From Octopus sinensis (lineage: Eukaryota), in contig NC_042999.1 in NCBI RefSeq assembly GCF_006345805.1, positions 51,212,001 through 51,276,000 on the forward strand: a stretch of DNA of 64,000 nt. Reading direction: 5' to 3'. The notes below the pieces were generated by a model. The model searched no databases. It saw nothing but the letters and a program-made list of their open reading frames with translations, and had not been told where the DNA came from. The position numbers were made by a program, and so were the translations under genes. Numbering within the stretch: the first letter of the stretch is position 1; every line of letters begins with the position of its first letter. Positions 38,540 to 52,062 of the stretch are shown here, piece after piece.

Positions 38540-41500
38540 CTTCCCTCGCTTTTGTGTTGGTTTGTCGACTTTGTGTCAGTTAGTGCTTATTGTGTACTAT
38601 TTTTGTTAAAATTTGTGTTGTTGAACTGTTGTTGTAGTGTTTTTCAAACGCTTTGTTTTCTGTTTACAGAAGATTTTAATGTTTTCCCCATTGTTTGAAG
38701 GGGAAAAATATTATTTTTATTATAATTTTTGCGGGGTGTTTATGAAAATGGACAAGTTTCCCGTTAAAGACAAGTCTACCATGGAACCAACTACAAGTCG
38801 AGGTACGAAGAAAGCTTCGACCAACAATGGAAAAAAAGAAACTGAGAAAGCAGTTTTTATTAAATATGCCAATGGGCGAGGAAAAAAAACAACTTTGCCG
38901 CAGCCACTGGTGTTGCCCGCAAGAGTTTAAAGTATGACCAGGAAGAACTGATGAAGTGCAAAGGAATGTTGAAAAGTGACGGGAACGTAACAAAAGTTAC
39001 CCCTCCCAGCAAGACAACACACAAGTCGCAACACTGTACAGTCATTTATAAAATGTTTGTAATGAGAACGAAAACTGGGCTCGGTGAGCAAGGAAGCCGT
39101 GGAACTATGTCTACGACTTATATGGAACGACGTGGCATACCTCACATGGGGGTCAAAATATGCCATGGTCAAAGTCTGATTTAAAACGGAAGAGGATGCC
39201 CTGCAAGCATCAACAGAACCTCTGAAAACACCAGAGGTGGTGCTCTTGTCCACATATTTTGGAAGAGAGAGAATTCGCCGGAGAAATCTAATATCCGAAC
39301 TGAAGATGAGAAAACAGATGGGAGAGAAGGGTTTACGCATCCAAGATGGATAAATAATCAAGTCCTACCTCTGGTCGCATGCTGTAGTGCTGACAGGGAA
39401 AGTGAATCGAGGGCGAATCGAAGTAAAGTAGATACCCCCGTCAACGATGCTATCTCTGATACCCTTTATTCTGCTTGTTCCCCAATTCCCACCCCTCAAA
39501 CTTCACTGCTCAGCATTGTCTATACCAACTCGCGCTCCTTATTTCCAAAGTTCAGCGAACTATTTACACTGGCCATGCGTGATTCCCCTGATGTGATAGC
39601 TATCACCGAGACTTGACTGACTCCAGCAGTAAAGGATTCGGAAATCCACCTACTGGCCTACGCCCTCTTCAGATGTGACAGAGAAAAAAGGCGAGTGGAG
39701 GTGTTGCTGTGTATGTTAAATCTGATCTCAAACCGTCCAGCGGTATTCTACCCACTAATGCTCAACCTACAACAAAATTCGACGCCGTCTATTGCAAGCT
39801 GAGCCTATCCGGGTTTTGCCTGCCCGTGTTAGCTGTCTACAGGCCGCCTCTTGCCGACCCCCAGGACGATGCTCATTTACTCGAAGCGATAAGATTCGTT
39901 TCAGCTTCTCATGACTGTTTGATATTAGGAGACTTCAACGCTCCCACGATCGATTGGCCCGCATCAATTTGTACATCATCTTTCCGGTTTGGCCAGGCCC
40001 TTCTTGACGTGGCTGAAGATTGTTTTCTATCGCAACATGTTGAATATCCGACAAGGCATCGGTCTGGACAGCAGCCATCTATGCTGGATCTGGTATTCCC
40101 CCGCTATCCAAGATCAGTGTCAGACGTATCTGTGTGCGCCCCTCTTGCCAAGAGTGATCATGCGGTCTTGAAGTTCGTCATGCACATAACTTTTTCTACG
40201 CCCACGACTACTTCGCTGCCACGTAGAGTCTTCTCTGCAATTAATCTTGAAATTCTAACCGAGGCCTCCGCGCTTCTGGACTGGCGATCCCTGATGACGT
40301 TGTCCTTAGTTGACGAACTATGGTCGTCCCTCAAAGCATATGTAATCTGGTTGACTGACCAAGCAGTTCCCGTTGGGCTTTCCAAGAAGAAGAAACACAA
40401 GCCCTGGGTGACGAAGAAGGTTAAACGAGAACTTCGACTCAGAGATATTGCTTGGGCTGAATTCAAAAATCTGGATTCGACTGCAGCTTTTGAGGTGTAC
40501 AAAACTCAACGAGACCGAACCGTGAAAATTGAAAAGGAAGAACGCTTCAGATATGAATACAGAATCGCGGCAAACGCCAGTAGCAATCCAAAAACCTTCT
40601 TTGCCCATGTCCAACGGAATTCCCGCTTGAACAACCAAATTGCAACGTTGGTAGACTCAACCGGCCGTATCGATTGAGGACCCTTATCAACAGAGTCAAT
40701 TATTTGCCGAGGCTTTTTCAGCTATTTTCAAACAAGATGATGGTTGTGAATCCCCTCCATTTGATAGATCGGTACCTCCAATGCTTCGATTGATCATCAC
40801 GCGGGACGAAGTCGAACGTGTTATTCAAGGCCTCGATGTCAAGGGTCACGGGACCCTGACGGCATACACCCATGGGTTATCAAAGCGTTGGCTCCGGTCA
40901 TCTGCGAGCCCTTAACACGTCTATTAAATATGTCATTGGCGACGGGTGTTATACCTGCGGACTGGAGAACAGCGATAATCTGCCCAATTTTCAAGAAAGG
41001 GAGCCGCGAAGACCCGCTTAACTACCGACCGGTTTCCCTTACATCAATAATCAGCAAGATGTTCGAAACCATCCTTAAGAAAAGTATGATGCTCCACCTC
41101 CAAAACACAGCCTCTATCTCTGATTCCCAACACGGCTTCGTGCCGAAGAGATCATGCTTGACCAACTTACTGGTAATGGAAGAATTGGTGACGCGCATCC
41201 TCGATGATAGTGATGCTGTTGACATCGTTTTATTGGACTTTGCCAAAGCTTTTGACTCGGTAAACCACCGCCTATTACTTGTCAAGCTTCAAGCATATAG
41301 TTTCCATCCGGATATTGTACGATAGGTTGGTGCCTTCCTCTCAGATCGCTCCTTCCAAGTCCAAGTTAATGGTTCGCGGTCCGACGTCTCCAGTGCGAGC
41401 AGTGGCGTGCCTCAAGGTTCAGTGCTTGGGCCCTTATGGTTCTTAGTCTTCATAAATGACTTGCCCGACGACCTCACGCAACACACCCTTCTATTTGCCG

Positions 41501-42530
41501 ACGATGTCAAACTGGTCGCTCCTCGCGGTGATATAGAAGATCTTCGTCGATGCCTCCACCAAATTTGGAGATGGTCTAAAGAATGGGACCTGTGTCTGAA
41601 CGTGTCAAAGTGCTGTCATCTGCCTGTTGGCTCTCCTCCTGCAACTCAACTTGATTTCGAGCCGGGTCGTCTGCTGCTGGAGAGGACCGATCAGGTAAAG
41701 GACCTAGGTATCTTGGTGGATTCCTCCTTTTCGCCTTCGACCCAGTGCGTCCATGCTGCCAACAAAGCACGCGGAGTTCTGTTCTTGATTCGACGGTCAT
41801 TCGGAATGCTCACAGCAGCCATATTCATACCTCTCTATGTCACGCTGGTGAGACCCATATTGGAGTACGGGATTCAAGCCTCTTCTCTTTATCTCCTCAA
41901 AGACATACAGCATCTCGAAAGAGTCCAGAAGCTGGCTACCCGCATGGTTCTTGGTCTCAAGAATTTGTCTTATGAAGAAAGGCTGAAGACGCTCGACCTT
42001 TATTCTCTAGAAAAACGACGACGCCGTGGTGATCTCATTCTTGCTCACAACATCATAAGCGAAAAGTGTAACCTCTCGAAGGAGCTGTTCTTCACTCCTG
42101 CTCCAGAGCGTCGGTTGCGGGGTCACTCCAAAAAGCTCTATCTGCGACGATTTCATCTCAATTGAAGGAGAGAGGCTTTCTCTGTCCGGGTTGCGGATCC
42201 GTGGAATAAGCTGCCGGATGAGATGGTGAAGATGCCGACGACCGCTCGGTTCAAAGTCTCCCTTGACCACAAGTGGCCTGAAATCTTTACATGAACACCA
42301 CCCTGTACATAACTCCATGTCCCCCTACATGGCCTTGCTTTTTTGCTTTTTGAGCCAAAAAAATAACTCACTAACTAACTAACTAAGACGGACTTCCACG
42401 ATTAGGGTGGGAGAAATACTACCTTAGGTGGACCCTGCTTGGCTGGTGGCAGCTATTACTATGAGCTTGGAAGACAAAATAACTATCTTAGGTGTTTGGT
42501 TCGGTCCAGACCTCCAGATAGAGAAGAATA
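38540..42530 (+). mobile_element. second L1/Tx1 copy (5' UTR + ORF1), internally deleted, hosting a CR1
   Basis: KTEEDAL..PLKTPEVVLLSTYFGR continues after the CR1 as RTSTIRVGEI, then jumps to ILGVWFGPDLQIEKN (ORF2). Confidence 0.65.
39267..42384 (+). mobile_element. CR1-clade LINE (ORF1 end + disrupted ORF2)
   Basis: YTNSRSL, ITET, ILGDFN, KSDHAV, NYRPVSLTS, DFAKAFD, PQGSVLGP, FADD; (TAAC)n tail; AAGA TSD. Confidence 0.93.
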
Positions 42531-42540
42531 TATATATATA

Positions 42541-43757
42541 TTGAGTTGGCAATTAGATTCCCGCCGTTTTTTTCCAGAATTCTATTTTTGAATCATTTTG
42601 GAATCTCTTTGGGTTTTTTTTTTCTAGTTAATTTTTGTTTATTTTCAGATCATTAAAATGGAATATCAAGTTAAGAAAAACGGGCATTTTTCACACCTTT
42701 TTGCTTTTAATCAAGGTTCTAAGCCCGCAAAAGCTGCTCGCGATATTTATGCTGTGTATGGAGAAGGTGCCATAGCTGAAAGACCCACGCGTAATTGGTA
42801 TGCCAAGTTCAAAAATGGAAATTTTGACCTCAAAGACACAATTCGTTCTGGCCGTCCAATTGAGTTCGATGAAGAGCGATTAAACCAACTTTAGCACGAA
42901 AATTCTCGTCAAACGACAAGGAAACTGGCAGAGAAAATGGAATGCTCCCACACTGCTATAGAGAAGCTTCTTCACTCGATGGGGAAGGTTCAGAAGTATG
43001 GAGCATGGGTTCCGCATGCTTTAAGTGACAACAACAAAAATCAACGAGCCACAATCTCCGCTGGTTTGCTTGCTCGTCACCGCTCAACTCATGGACACAA
43101 GCAACGATTTCGTGTCCGAATCGTTACTGGCAACGAAAAATGATGTCTGTACATCAATAAGAAGCAGCGTAAGGAATGGCTTAACCCTGATAAACAAGCG
43201 TTACCGCACGGGAAATAAGATCTTCATCCGCGTAAAACGGTGTTGTACGTATGGTGGGACTGGGAAAGGATTATCCATTACGAATTGCTTGAACGGAACC
43301 AAACGGTCAACGCGGAACTCTATGTTCTACAGATGGAACGACTCAACACGGCTATTCAAGGGAAAAGACCTAATCGGTCTTCTTCTGCTGCACGACAACG
43401 CCCGCCCTCATATCGCCAATATGACCAAGGAAGCCATTCAAACGCATGGCTGGGAAGTGCTGCCACACCTGCCGTATTCTCCAGATTTGGCACCAACAGA
43501 TTTCAATCTCTTCAAATGTTATGCGCGGAGTTTCGTTCAATACTGATGCAGAATTGAGAGCTTGGTTGGATCAATTTTTTGAGTTCAAATCGGATGATTT
43601 CTACCAAACGAGGTATTGAAAATATTGCTGAACTTTGGGAAGAAGTTGCAAATAACAAGGGTAAGTACATTATTGATTAATTAGTTGTTATTTTTTTATT
43701 AAACCTTTTAAAGAATTCAAATAAAAAAAAACGGCGGAAATTTAGTTGCCAACCCAA
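42541..43757 (+). mobile_element. full-length decayed mariner (family C)
   Basis: TIR TTGAGTTGGCAATTAGATTCCCGCCG and its inverse, TA TSDs; WVPHAL, VTGNEK, LHDNARPH, YSPDLAPTD. Confidence 0.95.
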
Positions 43758-44389
43758 TATATATCAGTTACAACAATCTTACAATTTGCCCAGTATTGGT
43801 AAACACTGTGCTGTTAACAAGACTGAAACATGGCTAGAGTTGTCAACCCAAACTTTCTTAACTAAAATGAATCATGAAGCTAATCGTTTTCTTTACTAAT
43901 GAATGATCTGAATTCATTAAAATATTGTCATTCTGTTATGTGTAGTTTCGTTCTCATACACATAGATATGAATGTGTAACACATCCTACATTCAGTATTA
44001 AACCATAAGTATTTGATAAGCATTACCCAAGCATGGAGTAGTGGAATCAGCATATGGAACAGTACATAGCAGAAATTAACTGGCAGAGAAGTTGAGAGAA
44101 ACCACGACTGCCTTCGTGGTATTGTTGGAGTGGTTATTAGACAGAATTTATTGCGATATATGTCAGTTTGAGGAGTTTCTTTCTGGGAATGTCAACTAAT
44201 CAAGATTAGTGTTTAATTAATGATCCATTTCTGAAAGAATCCAGCCAGAGTTGAATGGTGTCCCTACCCCACCCCCATCCCGTGGCCTCACCCTACTGTA
44301 ACAATTTTAACAATAACAAATAAAGTATTTACTAACTTTTGGTGACCTTTGATGGTCAAATATCTGGACTGTTTTCATGATTTCATCAA

Positions 44390-44610
44390 TCTGTGTGTAT
44401 GTGTATATATGTTTGTGAGTCTGTGTGTGTGTGTGTGTGCGCGTTTCTGTGTGTATGTGTGTTTCTGTATGTGTATGTTTGTCTGTGTGTTTGTGTGTGT
44501 AGACACTTACACATACATACATACATACATACATACATACATACATACATACATACATACATACATACATACAAATACATGTGCACACGCGCGCGCACAC
44601 ACACACACAG
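44390..44610. repeat. (TG)n/(CATA)n/(CA)n microsatellite
   Basis: direct inspection. Confidence 0.9.
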
Positions 44611-45046
44611 ATTATACCTTCCACTCAATCAAGCGATTACTTTTCTTTGTTTAAAAGGCAAGAGGTGAGAGTTGGCAGAGAGTTAATGTGAGTCAGTGAA
44701 ATAATTGATGTGACAAGTAACCTTATCATACTCCACCACTACCACCACCACGACTACCACGTCTGGGATGTTTGTTGAATAAGGAAGAATTTCTATCCTG
44801 TGTGGTTCTTCTGCTGCCTTAGATTTCACTTTTAATTTTATAAACTTCCAGCTCTGCCTCTCTACACCCACTGTTTCCACTAATCAACCTTTCTCTAAAC
44901 TACATCCTATATTTATTCTGGTATTTCTCCTTTTCTTGCCTCATAAACTGTAGGCATTGCCTTGAATGATCTCAACCATGATGACTAGTTCCAGTTCAGC
45001 CTACCTTTAATAACTATTTCATTTTTCTGTGGAACAAGGCGCAAAA

Positions 45047-45415
45047 GTCCATCTCCTCCTCACCGTGGTGGGGACGCTGGCAGCGGGTAGTGTCAGAGCT
45101 ATGCCATCGGGAACTTCGGTTCCTGGTAGGACCACCGAAGGCGGATTGGTCTCACACCGAGTGGTATTAGGGCCACAACCCGGCAGACGGGGCTCTAGTG
45201 AAAATCCTCGGAGTGTCTGCTTCGGCAACCGACGGCTCCTAGGTCGTTCTGTCCCTGCGTCTGCGGACAATCTGCGGCAAACAGGATGTCTCCACATGCG
45301 GGATTGTCGGGGACCGCTTGTGAAATCCACATATTCCCACGAAACTTCTTCCATGAGTAGAAGAAGCCGACTCAACTCGCCCAGGGTGAATGTCGCCACA
45401 AGTACAAGTACAAGT
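45047..45415 (+). mobile_element. 369-bp GC-rich non-autonomous retroposon, probably bipartite RTE-derived
   Basis: 11-bp TSD AAGG(C/T)GCAAAA, (ACAAGT)3 tail; 5' motifs GTGGTGG..GAGCTATG..CCTGGTAGG recall RTE 5' UTRs. Confidence 0.7.
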
Positions 45416-45647
45416 AAGGTGCAAAACCCCTAACTTATTCACTCCAGAGTATCCATATATTTAATTACTGTGACAGGGAAATCATTTAAAATTTCAATTT
45501 ACGGCTATTCTGCAGAGAAAGACAAAGGTATTGTTGGTGTGGCTATGGGTAACCTTGGTGTTGTTGATTTATTTAGCTGTATGAAGCTCCTCCATGCTTT
45601 CAGATACCTTCTCTATTCAAGAGCCTCAGCCGAAAGCTTTAAGTTCA

Positions 45648-45975
45648 TCTCTTCTCGCTACATGCTCTCCTTTCCATCTCTTCTCGCTACATGCTCTCCT
45701 TTCCATCTCTTCTCGCTACATGCTCTCCTTTCCTTCTCTCCTTTCTACATGCTCTCCTTTCCATCTTTCCTTGCTACAGTCTCTCCTTTCCGTCTCTTCT
45801 TTCTACATACTCTCCTTTCCATCTCTCCTTGCTACATTCTCTCCTTTCCATCTCTTCTTTCTACATACTCTCCTTTCCATCTCTCCTTTCTACATGCTCA
45901 TCTTTCCATCTCTCCTTTCTACATGCTCATCTTTCCATCTCTTCTTTCTACATACTCTCCTTTCCATCTCTCCTT
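45648..45975. repeat. 29-bp pyrimidine-rich minisatellite, about 11 units
   Basis: unit CATGCTCTCCTTTCCATCTCTTCTCGCTA. Confidence 0.9.
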
Positions 45976-46371
45976 GCCTTCATTTCATGTGACACACACA
46001 TCCGTTGCTTTCCTCACAACACTCACTTTACCACATCATCTCCTTTTTAAGTATTGTCTCAACCTCTTCAAGTGTTTTTTTTTATTCCAGTCCATTAACA
46101 AATGCCCCACACTGTGTATGGGTCTAAATGTTATGACCTCATCTCCTCTTACTCACCATTAAACGGTGAATAATACAGTGAAGCCACATGATACAACAGT
46201 GCCATTCACCAATGCTGTCAAAATATCACCAACCAATGTTATCTGTGCTTCTTTGTATTTGTAGTCTCCACAAGATGATTTCTCAAGATGTTTTACCACA
46301 GAGAAATCTGTGTTATTCACAGTAGACATTATGAATAACTCATCCAAGTAAGGTTAGATGTGCTGAATAAT

Positions 46372-46790
46372 CATCATCATCATCATCATCATCGTTTAAT
46401 GTCCGTTTTCCGTACTAGCACGGGTTGGACGGTTCGATCGGGGTCTGGGAAGCCAGGAGGCTGCACCAGGCTCCAGTCTGATCTGGCAGTGTTTCTACAG
46501 CTGGATGCCCTTCCTAACACCAACCACTCCGTGAGTGAAGTGGGTGCTTTTTACGTGCCACCGGCACAGGTGTCAGGGGAGGCTGGCAGCGGCCACGATC
46601 GGTTGGGGATTTTTACATGCCACCGGCACAGAAGCCAGTCAAGGCGGCGCTGGCATCAGCCACGTTCGGATGGTGCTTTTTACGTGCCACCGGCACAGGT
46701 ATCACAACTACAATTTCCATTTGATATTTATTTTGATGTTGATGTACTTGACTCAATAGGTCTCCTCAAGCACAAACAGGTCACCCTATG
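46372..46790 (-). mobile_element. RTE 3' tail fragment
   Basis: (CAT)n plus RTE terminus. Confidence 0.9.
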
Positions 46791-47699
46791 ATCCAAGGTA
46801 AGCATTCATTACAAAAGCTGCTTCTGATGCTAATAGCTAATAGTTACCCAACATGAGGGAAGTGCAGGAGAAGGAGAGAAAGAGAGTGGGAGACAGCAGG
46901 ATAGAGATGGTGGCAAAGTGATAAATGACTGAAAGCCAGGGCAGAGAAAGCATAGAATACGTATGTGTCTGTGTGTATAATATATTCCTGAAAAAGCAAC
47001 AGAGTTTTGTCATCAATAATTTTGTAAAGATAAAGTACCAGAGAAATACTGGGCCAGTTTAATATCCTTGATGCAAATGGAATTTTGAATGAAGATTTAC
47101 ACTACTCCATGAATTTTTATCTTTAAACATCTTAGAAAATGTAGATATAAAAGAAAATAAACTAAATAAAAGAACATTGTTGAGAATAAATTCTGAACGT
47201 TTTGGCGGGGGCTACAGTTAACAAATAAATGATGTTCGTACATCTCTAGCTCCATTGAACAAATAAATGGAGAATGTAGATAGGCCAGAGAGGTAAACAG
47301 TGTCTCCATTTGTAAAATATTGGCAGACAATGTGAGAATTGTGAAATAGTTGAAGATAAAAAGATACAGTTGTATTGGTGTTTGTTGCTGGCCGGAGTTG
47401 TCACAATATCAGAACTGTTGTTTCAAGCGGAAATTACAGCCATCATTAGAAATGTGGTATCTGAGTATAGGACCATTACCGCTAGTCCCCTTTTATGAAA
47501 ACATGTTAAAAATATCTTGGAATTATTTCTCCACTGTTTATTCAGACTGTTTCAAATGATGTGAGTAAATATCGGATATTTTAACAACAGTTCACCCAGC
47601 TGTCTTCGAACCTAATGCTCTTTTCCCAATAAGATTAACAAAGAAATTTCACTTGTATCAATTCATACAAGGCTGAGGGGAGAGAATGGAGAGAGATTG

Positions 47700-48120
<421 letters not shown>

Positions 48121-49545
48121 AGGAATGAGTGAGTGTGTGTGCATTAGTGAATGCACATAAAAGTAAAGGGGTAGCAGGGAAAGGGGTGAAATTTACACAA
48201 ATTTTCTTTAACTATTGTTCACAGTTGTTTCTATGAGTGTGTGAACATGTCCATGTAAATACTCTACAGAAACCATTTACTAAAGTTAATGTGCGTGTGT
48301 GTGTGTGTGAGACAGACAGTGAGAAAGACTATAAAGTTTATGAACATTATTTCAGCTGAAGAAGTATAATAAGAGTGAAACATGTCTAAAATTGTCATCC
48401 CCTACTACTGTCAAACATCAGGTTTACTCCTTCTTGTACGGTATACATTCTACTTTTTAATCAATTACGATGTCCACATCTGTGTCAGAAACAGTTACTA
48501 AATCTCCCTCAGATCATACACACTGCTGCTTTGAGAAAGTACCAATCTCAAGCTGTGGCTTGACCAAACTGTTAGGTACAGTCAAACAACATGCTGCCTT
48601 GTGGTGTCTCTTTCTGTCCTTTATTGTTCTAACAGTAATTTCTGCAGTAACACTGGTGCCAAGCTGTATTGGCTCAAGTCAGCAACCTTTCTCTTGGATA
48701 AACATTGGTGTGGGGGGAAGAGACTTGCTTGTATAGCTCATTGCTAGTCTTCCTCAAAATATCTTGCCCAGACCTTCATATACATGTGTAGTGACATGAC
48801 CAACACTGAACAATAATAGTTGCCTTACTTTTTTTTTCTGGATGTTAATCTTCACCACTGTTAATAACCACCAATGCCTTTTCCAATACTAATCTTTACT
48901 GTTGCTTTACCCAATGCTAATCTTTATCTTTCAGGATGCTGATCTTTACCACTACTTTTCCCTACAATAACCTGTAGCACTGCCTTTCCTGATGTTAATC
49001 TTCATCAATTATAGCTCGTTAATGCAGCCCATTCCCAAATTAATTCTGTTTCATTTATAATTCTGCTTGTAATGACATGTTATTGAATATTTTTTTTTTT
49101 TAAACTTTAACTATGGGACTAAATCAAAGATATAATCAATGTCTTTCTCATTATGAAATAGTGTTTTGGACTGTCCAACTAAATTAGACATTTAGCTTTT
49201 GTCCTGACAACTGTGATGTGTCACTTTGATAGTTATACTTTGCCACTGACTGCCATGGTTTTTCAAACTGACGAAACACCACTATCTCCCAACCAAATAT
49301 CAGAGACATATTGATACTCATCCTCCTGACAAAACAGAGTTTACATCCATACAAATATCCTTTCTTCATTATGAGGTCCTCAGTCAGTGATTTTTTTTCT
49401 TGTTGTCACATATTCAACATACTTTTATTTTATCCAATTTTTTTTATGTTCATTCTAAAATGTAATTTTTATTTAACGACAAATCTTTACAGAAAGAAAA
49501 GAGAGAAAAGAGTATAAAAGATTAAATCAATGAGTAAAAAAAACA

Positions 49546-49900
49546 TAACAAGAGCACTCAGAGAGCATAAACCTCTGACAAGGCAATGCCAGCTTCCTCT
49601 CAATGATTGGCCAGAGATGATTTTTAAAATGAGAATATCTGAAATAAATTTGACTGCTCTCACAAACGAGGATACTAAAAATGAACCTGACTGCTCTCAA
49701 AAATTAAATAAAAAAAAACAGAGAAGATTATCTAGATTCCTTGTCCGGTCCCAGATCAATCCCAAAATCTAATCAGTTCATACCAGTCATGAGGCCAAAA
49801 ATCCCTGAAAGTTTCATTTGAATCCATCCGGCAGTTCTTGAGATATGTTGTCCAAAGACAAACAGACAAACAAAAAAAACATGACTGAAGACAAATATTG
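49546..49900 (+). mobile_element. possible Helentron-associated (DINE-1/HINE-like) element
   Basis: AACAAGAG start, AAAGTTTCAT..GATCC..CTTGAGATAT core, then (ACAG/ACAA) microsatellite; judged by general resemblance only. Confidence 0.4.
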
Positions 49901-50280
49901 TAACAAGGAAACAAAGGAAAAGTTGTGGGTGGAATTAAGCAACAAAAGGTGGTGGGGAGGGAATAAAAAGTTGTACCCCCCCCCCATTCTGAATGGTGTG
50001 TTCAGCCATGCTCATGGACATAGTTGCAAAGACATTGCCACAGAGAATGGCCAGCGACATTTGCTGCAAGTCAAAGGGCTCAGTTCTCAGACAGGATACT
50101 GTCATCCCAATCTTGCAGAGGATGAGACAAGTCTTATTTCGATTTCTTCTCTTAAAATAAATATGTATATATAATTATTTAATATATAAACTGCTATAAA
50201 TTGCTTTTTTTTCCATGCTGACTACTTGATAATTATCATTAACATGATTTTTATCTTTGTTTTATGAATATATATATAAA

Positions 50281-50344
<64 letters not shown>

Positions 50345-50399
50345 TGCATACATATACAGAATCTGATGTACATACATACATACAGGGAGAGTTTATGAA

Positions 50400-50555
50400 T
50401 AAAACAAAAGACGAAGACAGGTGGTGTACAAAACAAAGAGATCTATTAGTATAACGCTCAGGAATAGAAAAAAGCCTACGCTCTTCTACAGAAAGGTACA
50501 CAGAAAAAAAAGGAGAGAAAAAATGTGTGTAGTGGCTAACGATCTATCATACAAA
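50400..50555 (-). mobile_element. Penelope-like terminal repeat family 1, copy 2 (hammerhead GAAA arm deleted)
   Basis: collinear with 8125-8290; CUGUAGA-A-GAGCGUAGGC retained at 50474-50495. Confidence 0.65.
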
Positions 50556-50589
50556 TGTACATAAGGTACGTACTTACTTACTTATTTGC

Positions 50590-51547
50590 TTGGATGGATG
50601 GATGGATGGATGGATGGATGGATGGATGGATGGATGGATGGATGGACGGATGGGTGGATGGACGGACGGACGGACGGGCGGACGGAAGAAGGGACGGACG
50701 GACGGATGGACGGACGGGCGGACGGATGTACGGACGGACGGATGTACGGACGGACGGACGGATGGATGGATGGATGAATGGGTGGGTGGATGGATGGATT
50801 AATGGATGGGTGAGTGGGCGGGTGGATGGATGAATGGATAGATGGATGTAGGGATGGATGGATGGAAGGGTGGATGGATGGGTGGATGGATGGATGGATG
50901 GACGACGGATGGATGGACGACGGATGGATGTACGGACGGAGGGATGGATGGACGGACGGACAGACGGACGAAGAGACGGACGGAAGGACGGACGGATGGA
51001 TGGATGGATGGATGGGTGGGTGGGTGGATGGATGGAAGGATGGATGGGTGGGTGGATGGACGGAGGTGGGTGGATCGATAGACGGATGGATGGGTGGACG
51101 GATAGATGGATGGATGAATGGGTGAATGGATGGGTGGATGGATTGATGGATGGGTGGACGGATGGGTGGATGGACGAAGGGATGGACGGAGGGACGGACG
51201 GATGGATTGAAGGATGGATGGAAGGATGGATGGATGGATGGATGGAAGGATGGATGGATGGATGGATGGATGGGTGGATGGGTGGATGGATGGGTGGTTA
51301 GATGGATGGATGGTTGGACGGACGGACGGACGGATGGATGGATGGGTGGATGTACAGGTGGATGGATGGATGGATGGATGGATGGGTAGATGGGTGGATG
51401 GATGGATGGATTGATAGGTGGATGGACGAATGGGTGGATGGATGGACGGACGGACGGGTGGACGGACAGATGGATGGATGGATAGATGGATGGATGGATG
51501 GATGGGTGGATGGATGGATGGCTGGCTGGATGGATGGATGGATGGAT
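50590..51547. repeat. about 960-bp (GGAT/GGAC/GGGT)n tetranucleotide satellite
   Basis: direct inspection. Confidence 0.97.
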
Positions 51548-51766
51548 GAATTTTTCGATATGCAAATTAGGGACTCCAGCATAGAATTTACTAGTGTACA
51601 CCTGGCACTTCTGTCTCTACGAGGGACACCATTGAGGCTGACATGAAATGCCCAGCATAAATACTGAATAGCAGGAAATACAAAACCACCCAGCCAACAA
51701 AGATCCAACATCCTACTGACAAGGAAGAGATAAAGTCAAAGCGAGCAGCCACTCTAGAACAAGGAC

Positions 51767-52026
51767 TGAAAAGCTCTCTCTGCGACGATTTCATCTTAAT
51801 CCAAGGAGAGGGGCTTTCTCCGTCCGGGTTGCGGATCCGTGAAATACGCTGCCGGACGAGATAGTGAAGATGCCGACGACCGCTCGGTCCAAAGTCTCCC
51901 TTGACCACAAATGACCTGAACTCTTTGCATGAACACTGCTCTGTACATAACTCCATGTCCCCCTACATGGCCTTGCTTTTTGATTTTGAGCCAAAATTAA
52001 CTTAACTTAACTTAACTAACTTAACT
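51767..52026 (+). mobile_element. CR1 3' fragment, same family as 39267-42384
   Basis: matches 42130-42384; (TTAAC)n tail; TSD AAGGAC. Confidence 0.92.
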
Positions 52027-52062
52027 AAGGACAAAAATATTATAAATATGCACAATACTTAC

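Noticed and set aside
45047-45415. HDV-like ribozyme in the GC-rich retroposon
   Set aside because: Manual attempts on both strands gave no consistent P1/P2/P3/L3/J4-2 set; a motif search would be needed.
46540-46700. GTGCTTTTTACGTGCCACCGGCA boxes separated by variable spacers (CRISPR-like look)
   Set aside because: The spacers are homologous to each other, the array is an RTE 3' UTR in eukaryotic DNA, and there are no cas genes.
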